Source of the DNA: an uncultured Anaeroplasmatales bacterium
Lineage (GTDB): Bacteria; Bacillota_I; Bacilli_A; Acholeplasmatales; WRBM01
Assembly: GCA_964478425.1 (NCBI GenBank)
Contig: CAYZIB010000003.1
Coordinates: 13,663-77,662, forward strand
DNA length: 64,000 bases
Direction: 5' to 3'
The position numbers and the translations under genes were made by a program. This document shows, piece by piece, positions 48,001 to 57,411 of the stretch. The notes under the pieces were generated by a model that was not told where the DNA came from, ran no database searches, and was given only the letters and a program-made list of their open reading frames with translations. How positions within the stretch are numbered: position 1 is the first letter of the stretch; the number at the start of each line of letters is the position of its first letter.

Positions 48001-48616
48001 ATATGGTGGATTAGACCATGTTATAGCTAATAATGAAGATGTAAATATTTTAGTAGTAGATACAGAAGTTTACTCAAATACTGGTGGACAAAGTTCTAAA
48101 TCAAGTCGTCCAGCTTCAATAGCTAAATTTACTGCTGCTGGTAAAAAAGCTAGAAAGAAAGATTTAGCTGCTATTGCAATGAGTTATGGACATGTATATG
48201 TTGCAACTATTTCACATGGTGCTTCTCAAGCTCAAGTTATTAAAGCATTAAAAGAAGCTGAAAGCTATAATGGACCAAGTTTAGTTATTGCATATTCTCC
48301 ATGTATTGCACATGCTATTAAAAATGGATTAGTTAATTCACAAAAACAAGCTAAATTAGCAACTGAATGTGGATATTGGCCAACATTTAGATATGACCCA
48401 AGAAGAGAAGAATTAGGATTAAATCCTTTCCAAATGGATTCTAAAGAACCTAATTGGGATTTATATTTTGATTTTTTAATGAGCGAAGGAAGATATGCTC
48501 AATTATCAAAAATCAATCCTACTCATGCTGAAGAATTATTAAAAGCTAACTTAGAAGATGCAAAACGTCGTTATAAAATGTATCAACGCTATTTAGCTAT
48601 GGATTATTCAAAATAA
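45080..48616 (+). CDS. nifJ: Pyruvate:ferredoxin (flavodoxin) oxidoreductase, single-polypeptide type
   Basis: 1178 aa. Two ferredoxin motifs CIQCNQCAFVCP and CTGCGVCVSVCP, and the TPP site GGDGWAYDIG. RBS GGAGGG. Confidence 0.95.
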   Translation: MTKKEIKAMDGNQAAAYASYAFTEVAGIYPITPSSPMAEYTDEWASQGMKNLFGMPVKIVEMQSEAGAAGTVHGSLQAGALTTTYTASQGLLLKIPNMYKIAGQLLPGVIHVSARALAAQSLAIFGDHQDVMACRQTGFAMLATSSVQQVMDLAGVAHLSAIKSRVPFLHFFDGFRTSHEVNTVEVMPYEVFDRLLDREAVKKFREDCLNPANPKTRGTAQNDDVYFQTRELQNSYYKNVPDVVNSYMEEISKETGRDYKPFTYYGAKDATDIIVAMGSVTEAIKEVVDYMVSKGEKVGVITCHLYRPFSEKYYFNVCPSTVKRIAVLDRTIEPGSIGEPLYLDVKALYYGKENAPVIIGGRYGLSSKDTTPDMIYAIYKNLRGEQKDRFTVGINDDVSYSSLDCSEEIDVQDKDTTELLFFGLGSDGTVGACKNTSKIIGDNTDLYSQSYAAYDSKKSGGSTRLHLRFGKNPIRSTYLVNKPHFVSCSTDAYLGKFDMIKGLRDGGTFLLNTVTPKEEIEEFLPNSVKIQLAKKHAKFYIINAVDLAVQIGLGRRTNTIMQSAFFKLNEHIMPYEKAQELMKKYAAKTYAKKGEAIIKLNYDAIDAGASGLVEIEVKDSWANLTPETKTVDLNRPEFVREIADVINAIEGDSLPVSAFKKYPDGHMINGSAAYEKRGVANDVPSWISENCIQCNQCAFVCPHATIRPFLANEEEVKNASEGTKFLKAVGKGLETYKYTLQVSVLDCTGCGVCVSVCPAPKGKALQMKPIHEEIAAGSQEIANYFYNNVSYKDQVTGKETAKNVQFAQPLFEFSGACAGCGETPYVKAVSQLFGDHMIVANATGCSSIYGGSYPSSPYTKNKEGRGVAWANSLFEDNAEFGFGMHIAYETMRDRLQTILLNNKENMPSELVELVEAWANNRNSYDETKKLAPSIISGLENIDADFAKDALELKDYLVKASQWIFGGDGWAYDIGYGGLDHVIANNEDVNILVVDTEVYSNTGGQSSKSSRPASIAKFTAAGKKARKKDLAAIAMSYGHVYVATISHGASQAQVIKALKEAESYNGPSLVIAYSPCIAHAIKNGLVNSQKQAKLATECGYWPTFRYDPRREELGLNPFQMDSKEPNWDLYFDFLMSEGRYAQLSKINPTHAEELLKANLEDAKRRYKMYQRYLAMDYSK

Positions 48617-48625
48617 AAAATTTAA

Positions 48626-48652
48626 ATACCGATTTTAATCGGTATTTTTTTT
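48626..48652 (+). terminator. Rho-independent terminator of PFOR
   Basis: Stem ATACCGAT/ATCGGTAT followed by T8. Confidence 0.8.
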
Positions 48653-48672
48653 AAAAAAAATTATCATTTCAT

Positions 48673-48701
48673 TTGATTATATTTATTATATTGTATATAA
48701 T
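48673..48701 (+). promoter_or_regulatory. Candidate promoter of the suf operon
   Basis: TTGATT, a 17-nt spacer, then TATAAT. Confidence 0.5.
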
Positions 48702-48728
48702 ATATAATGTTGAAATTGAGGTGTTTTT

Positions 48729-49541
48729 ATGAGTAAACATTTAAAAATAGTTGATTTATATGCAAAAACATTAGATGGTAAAGAAATTTTAAAAGGAATC
48801 AATTTATCGATTAATGTTGGAGAAGTACATGCAATTATGGGTCCAAATGGAGCTGGTAAATCAACATTATCAAATGTTATAATGGGTAATCCTAAATATA
48901 TTGTTACAAAAGGAGATATATTAGTAGATGATGTCTCTATTTTAAATATGACTGTAGATGAAAGAGCAAAATTAGGAATTTTTCTTGCAATGCAAAATCC
49001 AATAGAAATATCTGGTGTTACTAATAGTGATTTTATAAGAGCAAGCATGAAGGCTATTAATAAAAAAGAATTATCTTTATTTAAATTTATTAAAGCATAT
49101 GATGATGCTTGTAAAGATTTAAAAATGAAAGAAGATTTTCAACATCGTTATGTAAATGAAGGATTTAGTGGTGGAGAAAAAAAGAAAAATGAAATATTAC
49201 AAATGAAACTTATAAAACCAAATTTTGCTATTTTAGATGAAATAGATTCAGGTCTTGATGTTGATGCGTTAAAGATTGTATCTGATAATGTAAATTCATT
49301 AAGAGGAGAAGATTTTTCATGTTTAATGATAACACATTATGAAAGATTACTTGATTATATAAAACCTGATTATGCTCATGTTTTAATAAATGGTAAAATT
49401 GTTGTTAGTGGTAAAGATGAATTAATTAAAAGAATAGATCAAGAGGGTTACGATTGGATTAAAAGAGAATATAATATCATAGAAGAACCAAAAACATATA
49501 CTAATGTATTAGGTACTTGTGGAGTAAAAAAACGTGGATAG
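48729..49541 (+). CDS. sufC: Fe-S cluster assembly ATPase SufC
   Basis: Walker A GPNGAGKST, and FSGGEKKKNEILQ. Confidence 0.9.
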   Translation: MSKHLKIVDLYAKTLDGKEILKGINLSINVGEVHAIMGPNGAGKSTLSNVIMGNPKYIVTKGDILVDDVSILNMTVDERAKLGIFLAMQNPIEISGVTNSDFIRASMKAINKKELSLFKFIKAYDDACKDLKMKEDFQHRYVNEGFSGGEKKKNEILQMKLIKPNFAILDEIDSGLDVDALKIVSDNVNSLRGEDFSCLMITHYERLLDYIKPDYAHVLINGKIVVSGKDELIKRIDQEGYDWIKREYNIIEEPKTYTNVLGTCGVKKRG

Positions 49542-50388
49542 TATAATTTTAAATGATAATAAAATGTTTTTTTATAGTTTAGAAAATAAAAAAGGAATTT
49601 TAATTGATTCAAATAGAATTGATATTTTTAAAGAGTATTCTGGAAATTTAAAATTTGATTTTGTTTTTGATTATAATGAAACAATTTTAGTATATATTCA
49701 TGAAGGTGTTTTAATAAATATATATGAAACAGTTAACTCAAATGATTTAAAAATTGATTTTTATATAGAAGAAAATGCTAATGTTAATTATTATTCTTTA
49801 GAAAAAGGTGAATGTATTAATAAAAATATTAATTTGTCTAATAACGCAAATTTAAATTACTTTCAATATTTGGTTAGTTTGAATAAATTAAATAATGTAC
49901 ATAATTTTAATTTGAATGAAGAAAATGCTAATTTGAATGTGAACTTCTTAGATATTGCATATGAAAACGAAATTCATGATAATAAATTAAAAATTAATCA
50001 TTTAGCTAAAAATACAACTGCAGATTTAATTTTTTATGCTGCTAGTAAAGATAAATCAAATATTAATGTTGAAGCGATAAATCATATTTTAAAGGATATG
50101 AAAAATTCAAAATCTACTCAAAAAACAAGAGGAATTGTTTTAAATGATACCGGAAAAATTAAATCCTTACCTATTTTATATATTGATGAATTTGATTCTA
50201 TTGCTAAGCATGGTACAACCATTGGTAAAATATCTGATGAAGGATTATTTTATTTAATGAGTAGAGGAATAAGTAAAGAAGAAGCTTTAAAATTGATTGT
50301 GCAAGGGTTTGTTGATCCTTTAATAAAAGAAATTTCTGATGATGAATTCAAAAAACGCGTTTTATTATTTATAAATAATAAGTTATAA
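49534..50388 (+). CDS. sufD: Fe-S cluster assembly protein SufD (short form; start uncertain, GTG 49534 or ATG 49564)
   Basis: C-terminal SufB/D beta-helix block [26 protein letters not shown], in the conserved position. Confidence 0.75.
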   Translation: MDSIILNDNKMFFYSLENKKGILIDSNRIDIFKEYSGNLKFDFVFDYNETILVYIHEGVLINIYETVNSNDLKIDFYIEENANVNYYSLEKGECINKNINLSNNANLNYFQYLVSLNKLNNVHNFNLNEENANLNVNFLDIAYENEIHDNKLKINHLAKNTTADLIFYAASKDKSNINVEAINHILKDMKNSKSTQKTRGIVLNDTGKIKSLPILYIDEFDSIAKHGTTIGKISDEGLFYLMSRGISKEEALKLIVQGFVDPLIKEISDDEFKKRVLLFINNKL

Positions 50389-50399
50389 GGTGTGATTTT

Positions 50400-51617
50400 A
50401 TGTTAGATGTAAAAAAAATAAGAAGTTATTTTCCTATTTATAATTCTAATCCAGATTTAGTTTATTTAGATAGTGGAGCTTCAAGTTTAAAATTAAAAAA
50501 TGTAATTGATAAAATTGATGATTATTATAATAACTATGGTGTAAATGTACATAGGGGTGTATATAAATTAAGTTATGATGCTACTAATATGTATGATATA
50601 TCAAGAAATCGAATTGCAAAATTTATTAATGCAGATAAAGACGAAATCATTTTTACAAGAGGAACAACTAATAGTTTAAATATGGTTAGTATTGCATTAA
50701 GAGATTTATTAAATGAAGATGATATTGTTTTATCATCAATATTAGAACATCATTCATCAATAATGCCATATATGGAAAATGAATTAAGAAAAAAAGGAAA
50801 ATTAAAATACATTCCATTAGATGAAAAAAGAAAAATTACATTTGAAAATTTTAAAAAAGTAATGAATGATAAAGTAAAAGTTATTGCTTTAAATCATGTT
50901 TCTAATACTATGGGGTATTTAACACCAATAAAAGAAATTATCTCTTATGCAAGACAAATTAATAAGGATGTTATTGTTGTTATTGATGGTGCTCAAAGCA
51001 TACCACATATGAAAATAGATGTTAAAGACTTAGATTGTGATTTTTTTGCTTTTTCAGCACATAAAATGTTAGGACCGACAGGTCTTGGTGTTTTATATGG
51101 TAAAAAAAGTATATTAAAGAAAATTAGACCAGTTGAATTTGGTGGAGATATGGCATTAAATGTTGATATAGATAAATTCTCATTTTATGATGCACCACAA
51201 AAATTTGAGGCTGGAACACCAATTATTGCACAAGCAATTGCTTTAAAGGAAGCATGTGATTTTTTAGATGAAATTGGTTTTGATAATATAAAAATGCATG
51301 AGCAAGAATTATTAAAATATACTTTAGATAAGTTAAAAAATATTTCTGGTGTCAAAGTATATAATTATGATACAGATGAAGGAATTATATTATTTAATAT
51401 AAGTGGAGTTCATCCTCATGATGCAGCAAGTATATTTGATAAAAATAATATTTGCATAAGAGCAGGACACCATTGTGCACAATTAATTACAAAAGATTTA
51501 AAAACAGAGTTTGATGCTACGTTAAGAGCAAGTTTTTATATTTATAACGATTTAACTGATTGTGATAAATTTATTAGTAGTGTAGTTGAAGCAATTGATT
51601 TTTTTAAAAATTTTTAA
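50400..51617 (+). CDS. sufS: Cysteine desulfurase SufS
   Basis: PLP lysine block FSAHKMLGPTGLG and catalytic RAGHHCAQ. Confidence 0.9.
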   Translation: MLDVKKIRSYFPIYNSNPDLVYLDSGASSLKLKNVIDKIDDYYNNYGVNVHRGVYKLSYDATNMYDISRNRIAKFINADKDEIIFTRGTTNSLNMVSIALRDLLNEDDIVLSSILEHHSSIMPYMENELRKKGKLKYIPLDEKRKITFENFKKVMNDKVKVIALNHVSNTMGYLTPIKEIISYARQINKDVIVVIDGAQSIPHMKIDVKDLDCDFFAFSAHKMLGPTGLGVLYGKKSILKKIRPVEFGGDMALNVDIDKFSFYDAPQKFEAGTPIIAQAIALKEACDFLDEIGFDNIKMHEQELLKYTLDKLKNISGVKVYNYDTDEGIILFNISGVHPHDAASIFDKNNICIRAGHHCAQLITKDLKTEFDATLRASFYIYNDLTDCDKFISSVVEAIDFFKNF

Positions 51618-51629
51618 GGAAGTGGAAAT

Positions 51630-52064
51630 ATGTCAATACAAGATTTATACCGTAAAGTAATTATGGAACATTATAAAAGTCCATTAAATAAGGGATTACT
51701 TGATGATCCAACATATAAAACTATCAATTTGCATAATCCAAGTTGTGGTGATGAAATAAATATTCAAGTAAAAGTAGAAAATGGTATTATAAAAGACATT
51801 AGACAAGATGGTAAGGGTTGTAGTATATGTTGCTCATCTGCTAGTGTAATGACTGATACATTAATGAATTTAACATTAGATGAAGCTATGAAAGTAATTA
51901 AAGATTTTTTCGAATTAGTTCAAGGACATGAAGTAGAAAATGAAGAAGCATTAAAAGAAGCTATAGTATATCAAGGTGTAAGTTCATTTCCTGCTAGAAT
52001 AAAATGTGCTACTTTATCTTGGCATGCTATTGAAAAAGGATTATTAGGTGAAAAAGATGAATGA
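51630..52064 (+). CDS. sufU: Zinc-dependent sulfurtransferase SufU
   Basis: [20 protein letters not shown], and the C-terminal KCATLSW. Confidence 0.85.
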   Translation: MSIQDLYRKVIMEHYKSPLNKGLLDDPTYKTINLHNPSCGDEINIQVKVENGIIKDIRQDGKGCSICCSSASVMTDTLMNLTLDEAMKVIKDFFELVQGHEVENEEALKEAIVYQGVSSFPARIKCATLSWHAIEKGLLGEKDE

Positions 52065-53463
52065 TGATAAAACAATAAAAGATTTAATGGGAGATTATAA
52101 GTACGGATTTAAAACTGAAGTTGATAATTATACATCTTCAGGCAAAGGATTAAATGAAGATGTAATAAGATTTATTAGTAAACAAAAAAATGAACCTGAA
52201 TGGATGCTTGATTTTAGACTTAAAGCTTATGAATCTTTTAAAAAATTAGATAATCCAAATTGGGGACCAGATTTATCTCATATAGATTTTGATGAATATA
52301 CATATTATATTAAATCAAGTAAAAATACAGAAAATAACTGGGATAATGTTCCAGAAAAAATTAAAGATACATTTGATAAATTAGGAATTCCAGAAGCAGA
52401 ACAACAATATTTAGGTGGAGTTACAACTCAATTTGAAAGTGAAGCAGTTTATCATAATACTTTAAAAGAATTAGAAGATTTAGGAGTTATATTTCTTGAT
52501 ACAGATTCTGCTTTGAAACAATATCCTGAACTTTTTAAAGAATATTTTGGAAAAGTTGTTAGTTATCGTGATAATAAATATGCAAGTTTAAATAGTGCGG
52601 TTTGGTCTGGAGGATCATTTATTTATATTCCTAAAGATGTCAAAATTGAAAAACCTCTTCAATCATATTTTAGAATAAATTCTGAACAAATGGGGCAATT
52701 TGAAAGAACATTAATTATTGTTGATGAAGGTGGGTATTTAAATTATGTTGAAGGTTGCACAGCACCAAGATATAGTGAATCAAGCCTACATGCTGCAGTT
52801 GTTGAAATTTATATTAAAAAAGGTGGATATTGTAGATATTCAACTGTGCAAAATTGGAGTAATAATATAATAAATTTAGTTACTAAAAGAGCATTAGTTA
52901 AAGAAGATGCTCATATGGAATGGATAGATGGAAATATTGGTAGTGGCCTTAATATGAAATATCCATGTTGCATATTAGAAGGAGATAGAGCAAAAGGAAC
53001 ATGTGTTACAATTGCTTTTGCGGCTAATAAACAATTACAAGACACAGGAGCTAAAATGATTCATTTAGGAAAAGATACAAGTTCAAGTATTATATCTAAA
53101 TCTATTGCTTGTTTAGGTGGAATTGTTAATTATCGTGGATTAGTTAAGCAAGGGAAAAATGCTAAAGGAGCAAGAAGTCACGTTGAATGTGATACGTTAT
53201 TATTAGATGATAAATCAAAAAGTGATACTATTCCAACAAATATAGGAGAAAATGATGATTTATTTTTAGAACATGAAGCAACCGTGTCTAAGGTATCTGA
53301 TGAACAATTGTTTTACTTAATGAGTAGAGGATTAAGTGAAAAAGATGCAACAGAAATGATTATAATGGGATTTATTGAGCCTTTTGCAAAGGAATTACCG
53401 ATGGAATATGCTGTTGAGTTAAATCAATTAATTAAATTAGAAATGAAAAATTCTAATGGATAA
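52057..53463 (+). CDS. sufB: Fe-S cluster assembly protein SufB
   Basis: SufB blocks ([34 protein letters not shown]). The start is set at the ATG overlapping the sufU stop, behind AGGTGA. Confidence 0.9.
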   Translation: MNDDKTIKDLMGDYKYGFKTEVDNYTSSGKGLNEDVIRFISKQKNEPEWMLDFRLKAYESFKKLDNPNWGPDLSHIDFDEYTYYIKSSKNTENNWDNVPEKIKDTFDKLGIPEAEQQYLGGVTTQFESEAVYHNTLKELEDLGVIFLDTDSALKQYPELFKEYFGKVVSYRDNKYASLNSAVWSGGSFIYIPKDVKIEKPLQSYFRINSEQMGQFERTLIIVDEGGYLNYVEGCTAPRYSESSLHAAVVEIYIKKGGYCRYSTVQNWSNNIINLVTKRALVKEDAHMEWIDGNIGSGLNMKYPCCILEGDRAKGTCVTIAFAANKQLQDTGAKMIHLGKDTSSSIISKSIACLGGIVNYRGLVKQGKNAKGARSHVECDTLLLDDKSKSDTIPTNIGENDDLFLEHEATVSKVSDEQLFYLMSRGLSEKDATEMIIMGFIEPFAKELPMEYAVELNQLIKLEMKNSNG

Positions 53464-53470
53464 AATTTAA

Positions 53471-53500
53471 AAAAGTTCAAATTTTAATGAACTTTTTTTA
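53471..53500 (+). terminator. Rho-independent terminator of the suf operon
   Basis: Stem AAAAGTTCA/TGAACTTTT followed by a T-run. Confidence 0.75.
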
Positions 53501-53554
53501 TTTTTATAAAACATTTATAACTTGTTTACATATAATATATAGAGTGATTATAAA

Positions 53555-54274
53555 ATGAGTTATATTAAAATTAATAATTTAAAAATAAATTATGTTATAA
53601 AAAATAATAATAGTAATATTACAATATTATTTTTACATGGTTGGGGAAAAAATTTAGAGTCATTTAATAACGTAATTAAATATATTGATTATAATTACAT
53701 ATTAATTGATTTACCAGGATTTGGTAAAAGTAGTATTTTATACCCATTAAATATTTTAGAATATACACAAATTTTAAGAGAATTTATTATTAAATTAAAA
53801 TTAAATAATTTAATTATTGTTGGACATTCTTTTGGAGGTAGAATAGCTTTAAAATATGCAAGTAAATATGATTTATTAGGATTAATTTTAGTTGATAGTG
53901 CAGGAATAAAACCTAAAAGAAATATTTGGTATTATTTAAAAATTTATTTATATAAAATATTAAAAAAATGTAAAATTAAAAATAATTTTGGTTCAAATGA
54001 TTATAAAAATGCTAATAATATTATGAAGCAAACTTTAATTTATGCAGTAAATGAAGATTTAGTAAATGTTATAAAAGATATTAAGGTAAAAACTATTTTA
54101 ATATGGGGAGTAAATGATAATATAACGCCAATAAAAGATGCAATATTAATCAATAAATTACTTAAAAATTCGATTCTATATAAAATTCCAAATGCAAATC
54201 ATTTTCCTTTTAATGATAATATAAATTTATTTATGGAATATTTTAATATGGGAGTAAGAATGATATGTTCTTAA
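53555..54274 (+). CDS. Alpha/beta hydrolase
   Basis: HGWG oxyanion block, nucleophile elbow GHSFGG, and a C-terminal His (NANHFP). Confidence 0.7.
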   Translation: MSYIKINNLKINYVIKNNNSNITILFLHGWGKNLESFNNVIKYIDYNYILIDLPGFGKSSILYPLNILEYTQILREFIIKLKLNNLIIVGHSFGGRIALKYASKYDLLGLILVDSAGIKPKRNIWYYLKIYLYKILKKCKIKNNFGSNDYKNANNIMKQTLIYAVNEDLVNVIKDIKVKTILIWGVNDNITPIKDAILINKLLKNSILYKIPNANHFPFNDNINLFMEYFNMGVRMICS

Positions 54275-55677
54275 TATTATATAATTTAAGTTATTTTCAA
54301 GAATGTAGTTATGATTTTAAAAAATATTTTAAATATTATTTTAAAAAAGGAATTAAATTTAATATTATTATAGTATTAATGTTTATTTTAAGCTTCTTTG
54401 TTTTACCAATTTATAAATTATTAATACATTTAATTTTAAATTTTATTATATTATATAAATTAAAAAATAAAAAAGTAAAATTTGTTTTAACTAAAAGAAT
54501 TATTAGATTAATAATAGTTTCAATTATTTTATATATTTTAAATTATATTTATTTAAATTATCTTTTATTTTATTTGTTTAATAATGCTTTTTTAATATTT
54601 GATTATATTATTTTATTGCCAATTGAAAAAATTATTTATAAGTATTATTTTAATAAAACAAAAAAATTTTTTAATGAGTATAAAGGAATAAAAATTGGTA
54701 TTACAGGTAGTTTTGGAAAAACTACAACAAAAAACTTTTTATATGAAATATTAAAAAGTAAATACACAGTTTATAAAACTCCAAAATCTTATAATACCCC
54801 AATGGGAATATCTAAAATAATTAAAGATATAAATCCATTATATGATATTGTTATAATTGAAATGGGAGCATCCAAATCAAATGATATTACTGAATTAATG
54901 GATTTGGTAAATCCAGATATTGGAATTCTAACTTCTATTGGTATACAACATTTAAATACCTTTAAAACACTTAATAATATTATAAATGAAAAAACAAAAA
55001 TTGTTGATTTATTAAAAAAAGATAAAATAGGAATTTGTTGTTTTGAAAATGAATATATAAGAAAATATGCTTTTAATAAAAATGTTATATCATATGGTTA
55101 TAATTATGGGATTTATAAAATCAAATTAATTGATGACAAACTATATTTATTTATAGATAATAAGTTATTTGATATTTATGAAACAAAAATATATGGTAAA
55201 TATAATTATCTTAATATTGCTTCAGCAATCATTGCTTCAAAAATTTTAAATATTGATAAAGAAAAAATAAAAGAATCTGTTTATAATTTAAAACCAGTTA
55301 AAAATAGGATGGAGTTAAAGATTTATAATGAAAAAATAAAAATTATTGATGATTCATATAATTCTAATTTAGAAGGAGCAATTCAATCGTTAGATTATTT
55401 AAATGAATTTAATTGTGAAAAATGGATAATAACACCAGGTTTTGTAGAATCAGATATGTGTAAAAAAAATAATCACTTGATCTTGTCAAAAAAAATAAAT
55501 CAGGTATGCTCTAATGTTATTTTAATCAATAAAAAAAATACTAGTGATTTTTTAATTGATCAAAATATTAATTTATATAGGTTTGAAAAATTTATAGATG
55601 GATTTAATTTTTTCATAAAAAATTGTAAAAATGAAGCAGTTATTTTAATTTTAAATGATTTACCTGATAATTATTAA
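54265..55677 (+). CDS. murF: Mur ligase family protein, MurF-like, with N-terminal ~4-TM segment
   Basis: P-loop GITGSFGKTTTK, and central/C-terminal Mur-ligase blocks (EMGASK, DDSYNSN). The first ~135 aa are hydrophobic helices. It is adjacent to ddl. Confidence 0.6.
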   Translation: MFLILYNLSYFQECSYDFKKYFKYYFKKGIKFNIIIVLMFILSFFVLPIYKLLIHLILNFIILYKLKNKKVKFVLTKRIIRLIIVSIILYILNYIYLNYLLFYLFNNAFLIFDYIILLPIEKIIYKYYFNKTKKFFNEYKGIKIGITGSFGKTTTKNFLYEILKSKYTVYKTPKSYNTPMGISKIIKDINPLYDIVIIEMGASKSNDITELMDLVNPDIGILTSIGIQHLNTFKTLNNIINEKTKIVDLLKKDKIGICCFENEYIRKYAFNKNVISYGYNYGIYKIKLIDDKLYLFIDNKLFDIYETKIYGKYNYLNIASAIIASKILNIDKEKIKESVYNLKPVKNRMELKIYNEKIKIIDDSYNSNLEGAIQSLDYLNEFNCEKWIITPGFVESDMCKKNNHLILSKKINQVCSNVILINKKNTSDFLIDQNINLYRFEKFIDGFNFFIKNCKNEAVILILNDLPDNY

Positions 55678-55689
55678 AAGGGGGATAAA

Positions 55690-56697
55690 ATGGTAAATTT
55701 ATTACTAGTTTATGGTGGAAAAAGTGTTGAACATGATATATCAAAATTAACTATGGAAATTATTAAACAATATTTAGATAAGACTAAATATAATTTATAT
55801 TATCTTTATATAACCAAAAATAATGATTTAAAATTTAAAAAAGATAAAAAAAAGAAATTTAAAGATGCAAAATTTAAAAAAAATCATATTAATAATAAAA
55901 AAATTGATTGTGCTTTATTATTGATGCATGGTACAAATGGTGAAGATGGAAAAATTCAAGCATTATTAGAATTTTATTGTATTAATTATGTAGGAAGTAG
56001 AGTTGTTAATTCTGGAATAATGCAAGATAAATGTTATATGAAAATGATCTTAAAAGCAAATGATATAGATACACTTGATTACGATATTTTAAAAGAAGAT
56101 GAAGAAAAAAATAAAAATTATATATATCCGATTATTTTAAAACCAGCAAATTTAGGTTCTTCAATTGGAATAGAAGTAGTATATGATAAAAATGAATTAT
56201 ATAAAAAAGTATTAAATTGTTTTAAATATGATGATAAATTATTAATTGAAAAATATTTAAATGAATTTAGTGAATATAATATTGCAGTTCTTGGGAATAG
56301 TTATATAGGTTATAGATTATCAAGAATAGAAAAAATATATAAAACTGATGAAATATTAGATTTTTCAGATAAATATATAAATCAAGTTAAAAAAGAATAT
56401 ATAAATTTAGATCCTTTATTAAAAGAACAAATTGAAAATATAGCGTTAAAGGTTGCAAAAATATTTGATATTTCAGGTGTAGTAAGAATTGATTTTATTG
56501 TAGCAAACGATATTATTTATGTTAATGAAATTAATAGTATTCCAGGTAGTTTGGCATTTTATTTGTTTGATATCGAGCCTACTAAATTTTTAGATATTTT
56601 AATCAAAAATTCGTTTTTTTATAATAATAAAATTAATGAAAAATGTTTTTATTTTGAAAGTGATGTTTTAAAGAAAAAAAATACTATTAAAAAATAA
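55690..56697 (+). CDS. ddl: D-alanine--D-alanine ligase
   Basis: YGGKSVEHDIS, HGTNGEDGKIQ, an ATP-grasp fold, omega-loop KY, and RIDF...NEINSIPG. Confidence 0.85.
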   Translation: MVNLLLVYGGKSVEHDISKLTMEIIKQYLDKTKYNLYYLYITKNNDLKFKKDKKKKFKDAKFKKNHINNKKIDCALLLMHGTNGEDGKIQALLEFYCINYVGSRVVNSGIMQDKCYMKMILKANDIDTLDYDILKEDEEKNKNYIYPIILKPANLGSSIGIEVVYDKNELYKKVLNCFKYDDKLLIEKYLNEFSEYNIAVLGNSYIGYRLSRIEKIYKTDEILDFSDKYINQVKKEYINLDPLLKEQIENIALKVAKIFDISGVVRIDFIVANDIIYVNEINSIPGSLAFYLFDIEPTKFLDILIKNSFFYNNKINEKCFYFESDVLKKKNTIKK

Positions 56698-56730
56698 ATA
56701 TTTATTATATAATAAATATGGTGATGAGTT

Positions 56731-57312
56731 TTGAAGTATTTTTTAATTAAATTTCATAATAGAATAAAAAATAGTATTATGAATGAACTTAAAGAAGGAC
56801 TATTTTTAAATTATGAAGAAATTATTTTAGATGTTAATTTATCTTGCATAAAAATAAAAAATAATATCGAAGAAGATATAAAAAATTTATCTAAAATGAT
56901 TAATACAGAGTTATCCATAGATGAACAATTTAATATTTTTGAATCAAGAAATTTTGAAAATGAAATTGAAATGGAAAATAATATAGTTTATTTTAAAGAA
57001 TTATTTTTAAACAATATATTTTCTGTAAGTAATCCATATTTTAATGAAATGAGATTGCTAGAAAATAAATATAACAATAATTTTGCTGAAGAAACTAAAA
57101 AAATTATTTTTGGTAAATATTATAATAATCATGAATTTTTAAATAGTATTAAGGTTTTTTTGGAATGTAATATGAATACAACAAAAGCAAGCGAATTATT
57201 ATATTTACATAGAAATACTTTATTAAATAGATTAGATAAATTTTCATTATATACAGGATATGATATAAGAAATTTTAAAGAAGCATGCTTTTTATATCAA
57301 ATGTTAAAATAA
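56731..57312 (+). CDS. PucR/CdaR-type C-terminal HTH domain protein
   Basis: C-terminal TKASELLYLHRNTLLNRLDKF helix-turn-helix. The start is TTG. Confidence 0.55.
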   Translation: MKYFLIKFHNRIKNSIMNELKEGLFLNYEEIILDVNLSCIKIKNNIEEDIKNLSKMINTELSIDEQFNIFESRNFENEIEMENNIVYFKELFLNNIFSVSNPYFNEMRLLENKYNNNFAEETKKIIFGKYYNNHEFLNSIKVFLECNMNTTKASELLYLHRNTLLNRLDKFSLYTGYDIRNFKEACFLYQMLK

Positions 57313-57335
57313 TCCTAAAATTAGGATTTTTTTTA
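57312..57335 (+). terminator. Rho-independent terminator
   Basis: Stem ATCCTAA/TTAGGAT followed by T8. Confidence 0.7.
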
Positions 57336-57411
57336 TTAACTGTGCAATGTGCATATATATATAATTTAATTTTTGTAATATAATATATTTGATAATAAAA
57401 GGAGAATAATT

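Noticed and set aside
57341-57353. Direct repeat TGTGCA-A-TGTGCA upstream of the sugar ABC ATPase, as a CcpA cre site.
   Set aside because: It lacks the central CG and the dyad symmetry of the cre consensus (TGWAANCGNTNWCA). It is most likely chance in the promoter region.
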